Of a DNA stretch of 64,000 nt, positions 37,479 through 54,099 are shown piece by piece (within the stretch, counting starts at the first letter, position 1; every line of letters starts with the position of its first letter). The notes beneath the pieces are model-generated. The model worked only from the letters and a program-made list of their open reading frames with translations, was not told the origin of the DNA and made no database searches. A program made the position numbers and the translations under genes. This DNA is from Malacoraja senta (Eukaryota), in contig CM075989.1 in the NCBI GenBank assembly GCA_038087875.1, positions 1,550,001-1,614,000 on the forward strand. The letters are read 5' to 3'.

Positions 37479-39139
37479 CTCGACGTCGCCGTGTATTGAA
37501 ACTGAACAAACCATTTTTATTTGCAGCAGCATAACAGTCTGCAAACACAACACTCATAGTTACTTCCTTGTCTGTCAATAGGAATCGATCGAGTCGTTGA
37601 GTCATGGAGTCACACAGCAAAGAAACAGGCCCTTCGGCCCCACTTGTCCATGTGACCACGATGCCCCATCTCAGCCACTCTGAATTACCTGCAATTGACC
37701 ACCGTCCTTCTGAACCTTTCCTATCCATGTACCTGTCACTCATTAGGACATGCATTTTAAGAAAAAAGAACAGGTGGGAGAAGGTCAACAATCTGATTAA
37801 AACCAGCTCAGCAAGAAGGTCAATTGCAGCATTTGGCTCCAACAGCTCTGACATGTCTAGGTATGATGGCATACCTTTGCTGTAAATGACTAAAATGATG
37901 GAAACAAACAGAGGTCCAGACTAATTCATCTAGGAGACATTGAGTCATAGAACGATACAACATAGAAACAGACTCTCCAGCCCCTCAGTGATGCCATCCA
38001 AGATGCCTCATCTATGCTTGTCCCATTTGCCTCTGTTTGGTCCATAAGCCCCTAAGACTTTCCAATCCATAACATATATACTTTAATGATCCCAGAGGAA
38101 CCAGTGATAAAGATTGAAGGGATTGGTGGATTTGCTGAAGATTTGCTTTAACCCAAATCCAAACAAGATCCTGCCAAGGTTTACATTTGCTCTAAGGTTA
38201 ATAAAACCCAACAAGTAAGTAGCTGAACACACAGTGGAATTGAAGAAGTTATCACCAAACTACACCAGGCGCTCTCAGATGTTTAGAGACACATTCGTGT
38301 GTGGAATCAAAGATTGGATTCAGAGCTGAATCTGACCTTTGAGGATGCACTGAAAATTGCCCAAACAGCAGCGTGAACAAGTGAAAACCATGCATAACTT
38401 GCAAGTGAGACTGTCTGTGCATGTAGCAGCATGCCCCTGAGACACACTGCAAAACACTAGTTCAAGGTAAGCCAAGCATCAAATGGTAGGCAATGGCTGG
38501 AGCTGCTGGGGAGGGAATCATACATCCACAGAATACTGGTCTAGGCAAGTGAAGCATTACAGAGTGCAGGAGTATCTCAGATTGATGCTCCCACAAGATG
38601 CTGCCTAACCTATTTGATTACTCCAGCACTATTTCTTTTTTTCATGAACTGGAATCTGCAGTTCCCTGTAACTCCGAGTAAAGTGGTATATGTGTGGGTT
38701 AAAAGGCCACATTGTCGAAGCTTGGTGAAATAAACAGAAGGCAAAGTGGAATAACAAAACTAAAGGAAGGTGCTTAAGATTTCTGAAATCTCCCCCTTCC
38801 TCAGCACATAATGGAAGCAGGGGAACGGGGTGTTCCCAAACGAGGGAGAGTTCACAATGTTTAATGAAAAAGCTGCTACAGGTCTGAATAAATGTAGAAC
38901 CACCGATTCTGAAAATGAATGTGAGAGAATGAACATTTGAGCTTGACTCTGGATGGAAGGTTACGCAATGTTTCTCAGCCAGTGGGCTACACAGTGGGGT
39001 GACCAGCAAACACCTCAACCAAACTTAACAAGAACCTAAAAAGGCAAATTTGAAAACCAATATCGGTGAACACAACATGTAGCTGGAGTGGCTGATGGAA
39101 CAGTGGCATGGGAAAGACAGTTCATGACAATTAGTTAAT

Positions 39140-39555
39140 AGAAACGAACAGCATGGAAACAGGCCGTTTGGCCCATCGAGTCCATGCCAACCATCTTTCA
39201 CACTAGTTACCCCACGTCAGTTATCCCACTTTCTCATTCACTCCCTATAAACAATGGGCAATTTACAGAAGGTCAATTAACCTGTAAACCTTCATGACTG
39301 GGATATAGGAGGAAAGCAAAGCAGCTAAAGGAAACCCAAGAAAGACACAGGAAGCTGGAGTAACTCAGCGGGACAGGCAGCATCTCTGGAGAGAAGGAAT
39401 GGGTGACGTTTCAGGTCGAGACTCTTCTTCAGACCCGGAAACCCATGCAGTCACAGGGAGAACGTACAAACTCCACCCAGACAACACTCGAGGTCAGGAT
39501 TGAACCTGGGTCTCTGGCACCGTGAGGCAATGGATCAGCTGCACCACTGTGCCGA
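39140..39555 (-). mobile_element. V-SINE with Penelope-derived insert (~39342-39435)
   Basis: GGAAACCCA flanks both sides of the insert. Confidence 0.75.
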
Positions 39556-41041
39556 CAACAGCTATAGTTGTTGCAAGCTCTAGGCGTAAACTAACAGGGA
39601 GCGGTGGACTGAAGAATATTTCCCTGGATTGCATGAAAATTCCTTGTGTTAAGATGGGCGAGACTGGAATTAGCAAAAGGTGCAGAGACATGAGGAGTAT
39701 TATAAAGATGAATGGAGCATGTTGAAGGACAGCTAATCCAAAATTCATATTGATCCCAATTTTCCACCACAGTTCTTCAAGCCATGTTTATTGTTTTGTA
39801 CAATGAATCTAAAATTAGGGCAGAAATCAATAGGATTAAAATAATTAATCTCAGTGGGAAAGTGATTGAATGCTAAATACTCTGAATGGTCAGTTTAAAA
39901 GTCCATTAGATCCATCAGAATTTGTGGAGACTGCAAGCTGATTATTAATTGAGTCTTGTCTCTGGAATTGGTATTGCTTTATTATTGTCTGTACAGTGAA
40001 AAACTTTGCTTGGGTACTATCCAGGCAGATCAACCGATTAAATCATACAAAAGTACAACAAATACTACAAAGAGAAAGAAAACAGAGTGCAGAATAAATG
40101 TTACAGCTACAGAGAACGTGCAGATCAAAAAAGTGCAATGGCCACATTGAGGTAGGTTGGGAGATCGAGACTATGCTTGAACTTATGGGAAGACTATTGG
40201 ATAGTCTGATAACAGTGGGGAAGAATCTGGTGCTTTCAATCTTTTATATTTTCTGTCCTATGGGAGAAGGGAGCAGAGGCAGTAACCGGGGTATGAGTGG
40301 TCACTGATTATGTTGAATAGTATCCCAATTGTGGAATAGAAGACGTATGTGCTCCTTTCTATTTGGGACACCAGTTCGCTAGGTTGGATATCAGTTATGC
40401 ATGTGTGAGAGGAATGGTCTAAGAAGTTAATATATGGATAGGAAGGGTTTAGAGGGATATGGGCCATATGCAGGAAAAAGGGAAATAGCCCAGTATACCA
40501 ACTTGGTGACTAGGTGGGTCCAAGGGATGTTTTCTTGCTGGACATCACTCTGATGCTAACACTTTGACTGCAATCACACAAAAGCTTTTAAACATGGAAA
40601 ACTGAATATACTTTGGAAATTCATCGGCACCTGAACCTGGATGGAATGGAGGAATATGGATCATATGCAGGTTGATGAGATTACTTTAGCTTGGCATCAT
40701 GTTCTGCACAGGCATTGTGGGCTGAAGGGCCTGCTCCTGTGCTGTACTGTTCCAGGCTCTATGGCTTTTTTCATCAGCCATGGGGTTGCTGCAGGACACT
40801 CATAGGGTGGCTGTGTGGATGTGTGTTGGTTATGGTGACCCCGAGAGATGAACACTGGGGGAATCTGAAAGTAAAGTTGACGGACCGGAAAAGGCAGGTC
40901 TACATTCAAAGAGAAGTATAATGTCATGACAATCAAGTTCGGTATTTGAGGTCGTGGCAATGAAGTTCGGGTGTTGTCCATCAGCGTTCCACATGAACAC
41001 TGAAGGACAACACCCAGTTCAGGAGAAGCTAAAGACTATTA

Positions 41042-41462
41042 GCGGTGGCGCAGCGGTAGAGTTGCTGCCTTACAACGCCAGGGACCCAGGTTCAATCCTG
41101 ACTATGGGTACTGTCCATACGGATTTTGTATGGGTTCTCCGGTTTCCTCCCACACTCCAAAGATGTGCAGGTTCAAGTTCAAGTTCACATTAATTGCCAC
41201 ATGCACCAATTAAGGTACAGTGATATTTGAGTTACCATACAGCCATACAAGAACACAATACACGATCGAGTTTAACATAAACATCCATCACAGTGGAATC
41301 AGCATTCCTCACTGTGATGGAAGGCGATAAAGGTTTGTCGGTTAATTGGATTCTGTAAAAATTATAAATTGTCCCAGTGTGTGTGTGCGGGGATCGCTGG
41401 TCGGCACAGACTCAGTGGGCCGAATGGCCTGTTTCCACGCTGTATCTCCAAACGTAAATAAA
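41042..41462 (+). mobile_element. V-SINE with opposite-strand LINE-tail insert (~41173-41330)
   Basis: tRNA head; (TTCAAG)n insert. Confidence 0.75.
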
Positions 41463-42602
41463 CAATGTTCCTGCCCCAACTAACGTAAGGGGTTATATGG
41501 GACTGCTGAATTATTTTGATAAATTCATGCTGAATCTAATAATAACCTAAGATCTGTGGCATCTATCGCTGCAAGGGGACTGACACTGAGTAAAGGACTA
41601 TTGTGCAATGCTACGGACTGCCTCAGTCTGTTGGTGTGCTCGTTCATTATCCTACAGACACTGAGGTAATCTCATGATGGATCACCAGGCAAAGCTGTTG
41701 CTGGATTGTACCATGCGGTGCAATGTGCTTCTGAAAACCCACTAGGTTTTACGCTCATGATGTTGACAGCAGCTGAGCAAAATGCCTCTCAGCTGGATAA
41801 AGAAGGTTTAAACATCATGCTCCGAGAGCAGTGATTCCATGAGCACATTTGTAGACGTCACTTCACCACAGACCACACTCGCCTGATTTCTCTGCTCCAT
41901 TAGGTGAAGTCTGTGTCTCAAATGGGTTCCCCATGAGTTCAAAGATGAGTTCAAAGATGGGTTGCAACGTTGAGAGCATTGGAACGTAATTGTTTTCAAA
42001 AGGAAAAAATGCCAGAACGGATTTTACTCTCACTTGCCTTACCTGTAGTGACTGCTGATGAAGGAATTTAGGGCCAAGTAGTGAGGATGGAGCAATCAGG
42101 CACTGTGTGCTGGTGAGTTCTGTCCAAATTAGATGGTGGACAGCAAAAGATCCTGTTCTGCTTCAGCTGAAGGTCAGAAGATCTGATAGTGAGAGGAGAT
42201 ATCCAGCATTGTCAAGATAGTTTGTTAAATAATGTTGAATGTAGTTTGGGGAAAATGGTAAATGTAGAAATGTAAAGAATTTATTCATGCATTGTTCTCC
42301 TGTAAGCCTTCAAAGTCATGCTGCCTTTGGGACTTAACTTGCATCATAGCTTTGATAGACACCACTGTGCTCGATCTCTGTTAAGGTTGTATTTGTAGAC
42401 ATGTGCCCTCAATAGGCTTCCAGAAAACACATCAACATCGTATGGGATGAAATTCTGCCTCCAACCTTTGTGTTTACATGAAGGTAAAACAACCAGACTC
42501 CCTGATAGGGGTTTGGGTATGAACTGCTCTGCATCTTTCAATGGAGTTGCATTTCTTCCATCCAGTAAGTCCTGTTTTCTTTCAAGTTCCGCTGCACTAG
42601 AA

Positions 42603-42920
42603 TGGAGACACAATGAACTGCAAATGCTGGTTCACAAATAAACACACAAAGAGCTAGAGTAACTCAGCGGGGATGGGGAGGGGGAGGGGGAGGGGGAAGG
42701 GGGAGGGGGGAGGGGTGGGGGGTTGGAGATGGGGTAGTATGTTGGTAGGTTACTTAAACGTGGAATATCCAATCATTATTCTGCTGGGTTATAAACTATC
42801 AAAGGGGAATATGAGATGCTGCTCCTCCAGTTTGCGTGTGGCCTCACTCTGTCAATGGAGGAGGCCCCGGACAGAAAGGTCAGTGTGGGAATGGGAAGGG
42901 GTGTTAAACGTTTAGGAACT
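42603..42920 (-). mobile_element. Penelope 3' fragment
   Basis: Homologous to 26960-27100. Confidence 0.7.
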
Positions 42921-42927
42921 GGTAGAT

Positions 42928-43715
42928 AGAGTCAAAGAGTCATAGTGATACAGCTTGGAAACAGGCCCTTCTGCCCAACTTGCCCACACTAGCCAACATG
43001 CTCCAGCTACACTAGTCCAATCTGCCTACATTTGGTCCATATCTCTCCAAACCTGTCCTATCCATGTACCTGTCTAACTGTTTCTTAAACGTTGGAATAG
43101 TCCCAGCCTCAACTATCTCCTCTGGCAGCTTGTTCCATACACCCACCATCCTTTGTATGAAAAAGTTACCCCTCAGATTCCTGTTAAATATTTTCCCCTT
43201 CATCTTAAACCTATGTCCTCTGGTCCTCAATTCACCTATTCTGGGCAAGAGATTGTGTGCATCTACCCGATCTATTCCTGTCATGATTGTATACACCTCT
43301 ATAAGATCATCGCTCATCCTCCTGCGCTTCAAGGAATAAAGTCCCAGCCTACTCAACCTCTCCCTACAGCTCAGACCCTCTAGACCTGGTGACATCCTCG
43401 TAAATCTTCTTTGTACTTTTCTCAGCTTGACAACATATTTCCTATAACACAGTGCCCAGAACTGAACACAATACTCTAAATGCGGCCTCACCAATATCTT
43501 ATCCAACTGCAACATGACCTCCCAATACTCAATAATCTGACTGATGAAGGCCAATGTGCCAAAATACTTTTTGACCACGTTATCTACCTGCGACTCCACC
43601 TTCAAGGAACCAAGCACCTGCACTCCTAGATCCCTCTGCTCTACAATACTCCACAGAGCCCTTCCATTCACTGTGTAGGTATTAAATTCCATCAACCATT
43701 CCTCAGCCGGCCTAG
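42928..43715 (-). mobile_element. CR1 3' fragment
   Basis: ORF 43012-43695, LVRPHLEYCVQFW. Confidence 0.9.
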
Positions 43716-43739
43716 CAGATCTTGGAGGGATCGAGCAGG

Positions 43740-45535
43740 TCTTGGAGTACTACGACAATGGTGCATCAATGTGACAGACATGCAGTCAAATGTGCAAAGT
43801 GGTGCCATGCAGGTGTTGGTCAAATACAAGAAGGAAACATGGGACAGGTATAGGCAGCTGTGATCAAGTCCCCATCCCTGGATGAGTTTTGGGAACTAAG
43901 GATTAACTGACAAAGAGAAGGGCAAAAAGGGGCAAGGAGCTAGCTCTGGCGGGCAGCATTAATGACAATCCCAAAATATTTGATAAATACATAAGGGGAC
44001 ATAACTGGAGAGAGTGGGACCTCTCAGGAATCAAAGCGGTCACCTCTGTGTGGAGCCACAGGAGATGGGCAAGGTCCTCAATGAGTATTTCTCCTCTGTA
44101 TTTACCGAGGAGAAAGACAGTAGGACAGAGGAACTTGTGTGTCACTGGAAGCAGTGTGTTATGGTGAAGAAGTACTGAAGGTAATGTCGTGTATGAAGGT
44201 GGACAAATCTCCAGGGCCTGATCATATATATATATGAGGACATTACGGGAAACTAGAGAGGAAATTGCGGGAGCCCTGGTTGAAATTTACAAGTTGTCCT
44301 TAAATACAGGAGAGGTGCCGGAAGACTGGAGGGTGGCAAATGTTGTGCCTCTTTTCAAGAAGGGCTACAGGGAAAATGCTGGGAACTATAGGTTGGTGAG
44401 CTTAACATCTGTAGTTGGAAAGTTACTGGAGAGTATTCTGAGGGATAGATTATACAGGCATTTGGATGGGCAAGAGCTGATTAGGGATAGTCAGCATGTT
44501 TTATATGTGGGAGGTTGTGTCTCACAAATCTGATTGAATTTTTGAAGACGTGACCAAAAAGGTTGATGAGGGCACATATTGTATACATGGACTCCAGCAA
44601 GGCTTTCGACAAGGTTCCGCGTGGTAGGCTGCTCTGGAAGGTTAGATCGCATGGGATCTGAGTTGAGATAGCTGAATGGATAGCAAATTGGCTCCATGGA
44701 AGGAAGCAGAGGGTGATGATGGAAGGTTGCTTCTCAGACTGGATGCCTGTGACTATGGTCTGCATCAGGGTTTGGTTCTGCGCCCATTATTGTTTGTCAT
44801 CTACATCAATGATTTGGATGAGAACATACAGGGCAAGATTATCAAGTTTACTGATGATACCAAAGTTTGTGGTTTTGCAGATAGTGAAGATGGTTGTGAA
44901 AGATTGCGGCAGGATCTGGATTAATTGGCCAGGTGGGCGGAGGAATGGTTGATGGAAATTAATACAGAGAAGTGTGAGGTGTTGCATTTTGGGACGTTGA
45001 ACAAGGGCAGGACCTATACAGTAAATGTTAGGCCTCTGGGTAGTGTTGTAGAGCAGAGGGATCTAGGGGTACAAGTGCATGGTTCTTTGAAGGTCGAGTT
45101 GCACGTAGATAAGGTGGTCAAAAAGGCTTTTGTCACTTTGGCCTTCGTCAGTCAGAGTATTGAGTATAGAAGTTGGGAGGTCATGTTGCAGGTGTATAAG
45201 ACGTTGATGAGACCGCATTTAGAATATTGTGCTCAGTTCTGGGCACCATGTTATAGTAAGGATATTGTCAGGCTTGAAAGGGTTCAGAAAAGATTTACGA
45301 GGATGTTGCGAGGACTAGAGGGTGTGAGCTATAGGGAGAGGTTGAGTAGGCTGGGTCTCTATTCCATGGAGCGCATGAGGATGAGGGGAGATACTTTCAA
45401 GAGAGAGTTAGATGGGGCCCTTAAAGATAGCGGAGACAGGGGATATGGGGAGAAGGCAGGAACGGGGTACTGATTGGCGTTGGGCCGAAGGGCCTGTTTC
45501 CACGTTGTATTACTCTTTGACGCTATGACTCTATG
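43740..45535 (+). mobile_element. Degenerate CR1 with a chimeric 3' end
   Basis: PEDWRVANVVPLFKKG, FTDDTK, RPHLEY; jumps at ~45390 to another subfamily's tail. Confidence 0.88.
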
Positions 45536-45544
45536 AATAGATAA

Positions 45545-46065
45545 GGTAGAATTTGAGCCCCACCACGGGGCATGGACTTAACATCGGAGCCGATTCCTTG
45601 CCTGGGATCCAACCCGCGGCCTGGGGACTTTAACATCAAGGAGCTCGCAGTCTTGGGAGAGACCGAGTCAGGCAGCTCCAAAACCGCACGCCATTCGACT
45701 CGCCCTGACCCGGGGTCAGATCTCCCGACGCGGGGGAGCTGAGAGTCCCCCCCCCCCCCCCCCCCCCGATGCAGGAGCTTGATCGCCCCGACCAGGATGC
45801 CCGCCGCCGGCTACGGGATTAACATCATCCCGTCAACGGTTAGAGGCCCCCAACCGCTGGAGGACAAAGAAGGGAAGAGATTGAACTTTTTTTTCGCCTT
45901 CCATCACAGTGAGGAATATGGAGGAGTCACTGTGGTGGATGTTTATGTTAAAATGTATTTTGTGTGTTCTGTTGCTTTTTATTAGTATGACTGTATGACT
46001 GTATGGCAAATCTAATTCCTCGTATGTTGCAAAACTTGGCTAATAAAGTAAGTATGAGTATGAGT
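45545..46065 (+). mobile_element. GC-rich non-autonomous retroelement
   Basis: Homologous to 28940-29445; (AGTATG)n tail. Confidence 0.75.
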
Positions 46066-46662
46066 GTGTGTAGGATAGTGTTAGTGTGCGGGGCTCACTG
46101 GTCGGAGTGGATTTGGTGGACCGAAGGACCTGTTTCCGCGCTGTATCTCTAAACTAAACTAAACTAAATTAAAAGTTGTGGGCAGAGAGAATGAACTGAT
46201 TCTACATCACAAATCGTACGACAGAGTGGAGCTGTCGCTACTCCTGACATTGTTTGGGTAACCGTATCTTATTTCTCCCAGGGACAAGTAGGAGGTTGTC
46301 ATTGGGAACGGCTTACAAGGATTTTCTGCTCTAAAGCTGCTGGAAGGACAAGGGGGTTATAGTTATACACAGAGGTCAACAGCTGTCTGTGGAGTTTAAA
46401 TCAATTGTACAATGGTGCTCTAAATGTGCTTCTCGTGATAATGCACTCGGGTCTGTAATGGATTTTGAATTAGCCCTGGTCTGCCTCATTGCACCCGTGG
46501 AATAGCTTGCAAGATAGATTATAACGCAGGGCATAAGGCGGCAGAGGATGGATCTGCTGCTGACTATTGACGGGACCTCAGATTGCAAAACCATCCCACG
46601 CACCAGAACACTGGGTCCGGCCACCCTCCCTCACCAGGTGTGTGGTCAATGGGGACAAGTCA

Positions 46663-46713
46663 ATGTGTGAGTGATTGTGTGTGTGTGTGTGTGTGTGTGT
46701 TTGTTTGTAAGTA

Positions 46714-46758
<45 letters not shown>

Positions 46759-47315
46759 GTAATTGTGTTTGTGTGTGTGTGTGTATAAGTAATTGTGTGT
46801 GTATGTGTGTGTCTAATTAATTGTGTTTGTGTGTGTGTGAGTAATTGTGTGTGGGTGTGTACGTGCAGGTGTACGTGCGTGCATGTGGTGTGTTTGTGTG
46901 TGTGTGTTTGTGTGTGTATGTGTGTGCATGAGTGTATGTGTGTGTATGTGTGCTTGTGCATGTGAGTGTACGTGCTGGTGCGTTTGTGTGTGTGTGTCTG
47001 CGTGTGTTTGTGTGAGTGTATGCATGCATGTGTACATGCGTGTGCATGTGTGTACGTGTGTGTATGTGTATGCGTGTTTGTCTGTGTGTGTCTGTGTGTG
47101 TGTGTGTGCGTGTGCATTTGTGTGTGTTTGTGTGTGTGTGTGCATGCGTGCGTACGTGCGAGTGTACGTGTGTGTTTGTGTGTGTGTGTACGTGTGTGTG
47201 TGTGTGCGTATATGTGTTTGTGTGTGTGTATGTGTATGTGCGTGTGCACTTGTGTGTGTGCGTGCGTGTGTTTGTGTGTGTGTGCATGTGTGCGTGCGTG
47301 TGTGTTTGTGTTTGT
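46663..47315. repeat. Degenerate (TG)n microsatellite
   Basis: Visible. Confidence 0.95.
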
Positions 47316-49663
<2,348 letters not shown>

Positions 49664-49689
49664 TTTTTGTTGTTGTTGTTTTTTTTTCT

Positions 49690-50747
49690 CCTTTTTTTTT
49701 CTCTCTACAGCCTACCCCCTTAGTCAACCACTGAGTCAACCACTGGATCAACTAACTCTTTATTCTCACTCACACAAACAAACTTCCTATTTGATACCTA
49801 ACCACACCACGGGTCCAATCCTTGTCTCTATGACAGATGGCGCAATGGGCTAAGTGTTCGTCTGGCAACCGGAAGGTAGCCGGTTCGAATCCCGCTTGGA
49901 GTGCATACTGTCGTTGTGTCCTTGGGCAAGACAATTCACCCACCTTTGCCTGTGTGTGAATGTGTGTGAATGTGTGTGAGTGATTGGTGGTGGTCGGAGG
50001 GGCCGTAGGCACAGATTAGCAGCCACGCTTCCGTCAGTCTGCCCCAGGGCAGCTGTGGCTACAGAAGTAGCTCACCACCACCGAGTGTGACTGAGGAGTG
50101 AATGAATAATGCGATGTAAAGCGCCTTGAGTATTAGAAAGGCGCTATATAAATCCCATCCATTATTATTATTATTATTATCCAAGCCCTTCAGACTCGTG
50201 TGAGCAGACACCTCCAGCAAGTCAGCATGGTCCCAAGTGCTAAATGGCGGGGGGTGGGTATCCCCTACAAGCCAATCACAAATATCCATCATATTATACA
50301 GTTATTGACAGTTCCCTAACCCAATCACAAAGTACCCCATTACATTGTTTCCACAGAAGCTTCTAGTTGGAAGACAGTTCACCAAAGTAAAGAAACATTT
50401 CCCCAGGTAGTGTAAACAATTTGAACAGGGCTCCACACTTTATCCAATCACAAGACAACAGCCTAAGCATTCTGCAACATAATTAACAATACTTTACAAC
50501 ACCCCATCCTATGACCAATCCTGATCATGCATTTGCAAACCTGCTCAGCTCTTCTGCAAAACCCTCATACATATTAACAATAAGAAGGACATCTGGACCT
50601 CACCTTATCCTCAACTTCCTCCCAGGGTCCAGACATCGTGGAGCCATAAGTCATAGCTATACAATGTTCACAGTAAGAGGACAAGCAGACTTTGCAAATA
50701 CAGAGATTCCCCATTTTGTGACATCTTTTATTTGGCCAATATTATCA
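49690..50747 (-). repeat. ERV-A 3' LTR (distal end uncertain)
   Basis: Minus AAAAGGGACGAA|TGATAATATTGGCC, homologous to the ERV-B PPT/LTR start. Confidence 0.65.
49832..50180 (+). mobile_element. tRNA-derived SINE with L2-type tail, inserted in the ERV-A LTR
   Basis: A-box TGGCGCAATGG, B-box GGTTCGAATCC, tail TGTAAAGCGCCTTGAG..GGCGCTATATAAAT(ATT)n. Confidence 0.85.
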
Positions 50748-51044
50748 TTCGTCCCTTTTATCATTTATGATAACCATTGATGATGATCAAAACACAATAG
50801 TAACTCTTCACTCTAGCAGATATCCTAACAGGAAGATGCTGATGTAATCTCTCAGAATTTCATCAAGCTTCCCGAGTTTTCATGGGCGTAGCTTCATGAT
50901 TCCTGTCTGATGAGTCTTTACCTCCCGAGTTTACATGAGCGCAAATCCCCTCCATCCATCCTGTCAGGTGCATCCATCTTTGTCTCATCGTAGAGTATGA
51001 TGTTTCTGAGAGAATCTGGAATAAAATAAGTTAGCAGCCTACTC

Positions 51045-54000
51045 TCCCTCTGATACTCTTGCAATGATGGAGATGCACCCATGCATTTATACCTTCTACT
51101 TTGACTGCTGTTGGAGTTGTTAGGAGAACCTGGAAAGGTCCTTCCCAGCGAACCTCCATCCCTCTCCTTACCCAATTCTTTACAAGGACATTGTCCCCAG
51201 GTTCCACCTAAGTAGAAGCAGTCAACAAAGGCAACTCACCATACACTGCTCTCACCCTACAGTGTGATTGTTTCAAAGCTCGAGTCAAAGTTAGAATGTA
51301 GTCGTTCATCTCTGCAGTCATGTAATGGAAATTTATAATTTTCATCGCATTTTGATTCCAAGGTGTTCTTAAAGGTCTACCATAAACAATTTCAGCTAGG
51401 CTCATTGTAGATTTCCCTGCAGGTGTGACTCTCATCTGAAGTAAAGCTATGGGAAGTAATTTAATCCACCCAATTACAGTTCCCGCCTTCAATTTAACTA
51501 ATTTAGTTTTCAGTGTCTAATGTGTTTCTTTCTACAAGTCCAGCAGCCTTTGGTCGATAAGCACAGTGTAATTGCTGCTGGATTCCCAACTGTTCACAAA
51601 ACTCTTTATTAACTTGCCCAATAAAATGTGGACAATTATCTGAACTAAATCGAATAGGGATGCCAAATCCAGGGACAATTTCTTTCATTAACACCTTGAC
51701 AACAGTAGCCGCTCTATTATCAAGGGTTGGATAAGCTTTGATCCACCGGCTGATACATTGACTATGACAAGTACATAACTGTAACCCTGGAACCGTTCCA
51801 ATTCAATGTAATCCATTTGTAATGTCTCAAAAGGACCCATGGGCAACGGTGTCTTTCCATCTCCGCAAACAACTCCTTTCCCAGGATTGTATTTCTGGCA
51901 ATTCAGGCAACTACTAACATTTTGAGCTAATGTTTGTAACCTTGGATGCCACCAAGTAGCCAAAAGAGTGTCTCCTACTTCCCTTGCACCGCAATGAATT
52001 GCATAGTGCATGCACTCTATAACCCATACTGCCAGTGAGTCATGCAAGTTTGCGCTGCTGGTGTGGTCCATAATCCTGTCATACAATCCAGTGTACACCC
52101 AAGTTGCTTCCATTTTTCTTTATCCCTTTTAGTAGCCTCCTCCTGCAACTGAATAATCTCTTGGATGGCTGGAATCGGCTTCTCCGAGGGGGACCTGTTA
52201 CTTAAACTTTTAGTGTTTAAGAAGGAACTGCAGATACTGGAAAATCGAAGGCACACAAAAATGCTGGAGAAACTCAGCGGGTGCAGCAGCATCTATGGAG
52301 CAAAGGAAATAGGCAACGTTTCGGGCCGCTGAGTTTCTCCAGCATTTTTGTGCAACTTAAACTTTTAGTCTACCTCATCATCTTTGGCACCACCATCTTA
52401 CATTCCTGGGATATTTCCTTTGCTGCCTGATCGGCACTACGATTTCCAATGTCTGTTGGGGTCTGTCCTCTTGTGTGTGCACTACATTTCATAACTGAAA
52501 TTTGTCTGGGTAGCATCAGGGCCTTTAATAAATCTGTCACCAAGTGTTTGTTTGATATTTGAGTCCCCGCTGAGGTAGGAAATCCTCTATTTCTCCATAA
52601 TTGTCCGAAATCATGCACTACTCCAAATGCATATCTAGAATCTGTATATATGTTTACCTTTAAAAATTCCCCATAATGCAAGCCCTAATTAAAGCAAATA
52701 ATTCAGCCTGTTGTGCAGAATAAGGCGACTCAAAGGCAGCTGCTTCTACATTTCCCCCATCTTGATTAATAATTTCTCACCTCAGGGTCCAATGGATGCA
52801 CTTCCATCTACATACAGTGTCATGTCAGGGTCCTCTATAGGTGCATCTCTCAAGTCCTCCCTCACTGATGTCTCCTCCTCGATTATAAACAAACAGTCAT
52901 GTCCTGCCTCTGACTGCTCCTCTGGAGGTGAAACAAGAAAAGATGCTGGGTTAATGGTTGTACAATGCCTAAATTGAAGCTTCGGGTTATTTAACAAGTA
53001 AATGTCATATTTATTTTGACGAGCCATTGTTAGGTGCTGAGTCTGGAGTTGTCCCAACAAGGCTGCCACTGAATGCGACCTATAAACTACTATTTCCTGC
53101 TGTAGGGTCAAATTTGCAGCAGACTGCAAACTATTATAAATGGCGGTTAGAATTTGGGTACATGGTGGGTGTCCCCTTGCTACTGGATTGAGTTTACTTG
53201 AATAATAGGCCACTGGTCAATGCCTATCCCCATGTTTTTGAGTAAGGACTGCCGTCGAACACTCAGAGAGAATGGTGCAATAGAGTTGGAAGGGTCTGTC
53301 GTAATGTGGTCTTCCCAATGCTGGGGCTTGCATCAGCGATTTCTTCAATTTCTCAAAGGCCTCATGTGCCTTATGAAGAGGCAAGGAAAAGAATGCATGT
53401 TGCAGGTCAACTATCGAGAAAATGTTGGCCAGCTGGGATTAAAGCTAAGATGTGAGCCAGGTTTGGCACTAGTGCATGGAGCGGTTCCACAACTAAGTTG
53501 ATTGTTCTTAAATCCTGGACCAATCTGTACTGGCCCTCCTTTCCTGGTTTCGGAACTGCAAGGATTGGTGTGTTACAGATAGATTGGCATTTTACTAAAA
53601 TGTCTTGCTCCAACAGCCCCCAAATTAATTTGTCTATGCTATTAATGACCTGTGGTTTCAACGGATACTGCTGTATCGAAGGCAGTGTTACCCCTTTCTG
53701 GAGAGCTACTTGGATGGGATCGATGTGCACACATCCTACCTGAGCTGTGTCTTCTGCCCAAACTTGCGGGTCCACATACTCACATACCTCACTCTCCAGA
53801 TGCTGGCGCAGCCGGGTAACAACTGTCCTTGGGGCCTGATAGAACTTAACAACAAACTGGTTAGACAAATTTTGCTCTTCGTACTTATTTGGGTCTGCCA
53901 TAGTAATTGCCCTTTTCACCATTGCTCCTCGATCTTTTGCACTTGCCAGATAGTTTACTCTTCTGGTGATATGTGGAGCAACCCCTGCAGTTCTCTTCCA

Positions 54001-54060
54001 TAAGTTCACCGGTACCTCAGCGTATTCCGCAGCGCCCTCCTTTCCATCAACAAAATTCTT
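51045..54060 (-). pseudogene. pol: ERV-A pol (partial 2H, partial RT, RNase H, integrase)
   Basis: YRLVQDLR, DLQHAFF, YVDGS, YTDSRYAFG, H..H..C..C, LQMDYI, SDN, GLVERN, WEGPF. Confidence 0.92.
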
Positions 54061-54099
54061 GTTCCCACGTTGTTCCCTCACATCAATGACAGTTACTTT

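Larger units (their letters stand above)
38250..42250 (+). pseudogene. Highly decayed Ty3/Gypsy LTR retrotransposon interior, interrupted by SINEs
   Basis: RDTFVCGI..LTFEDALKIAQ (gag), ELDSG (PR, ~38940), GLLNYFDKF and LTAAEQNASQLDKEGL (RT-connection/RNase H, ~41490-41820). Confidence 0.6.

Noticed and set aside
42344..42613. Possible host exon (SAAELERKQDLL..)
   Set aside because: No recognisable domain; the apparent acceptor overlaps a Penelope tail
49832..49905. tRNA gene
   Set aside because: Head of a SINE continuing into body and tail
50760..51040. env remnant
   Set aside because: No furin site, CKS-17/ISD or TM motif recognised; too short
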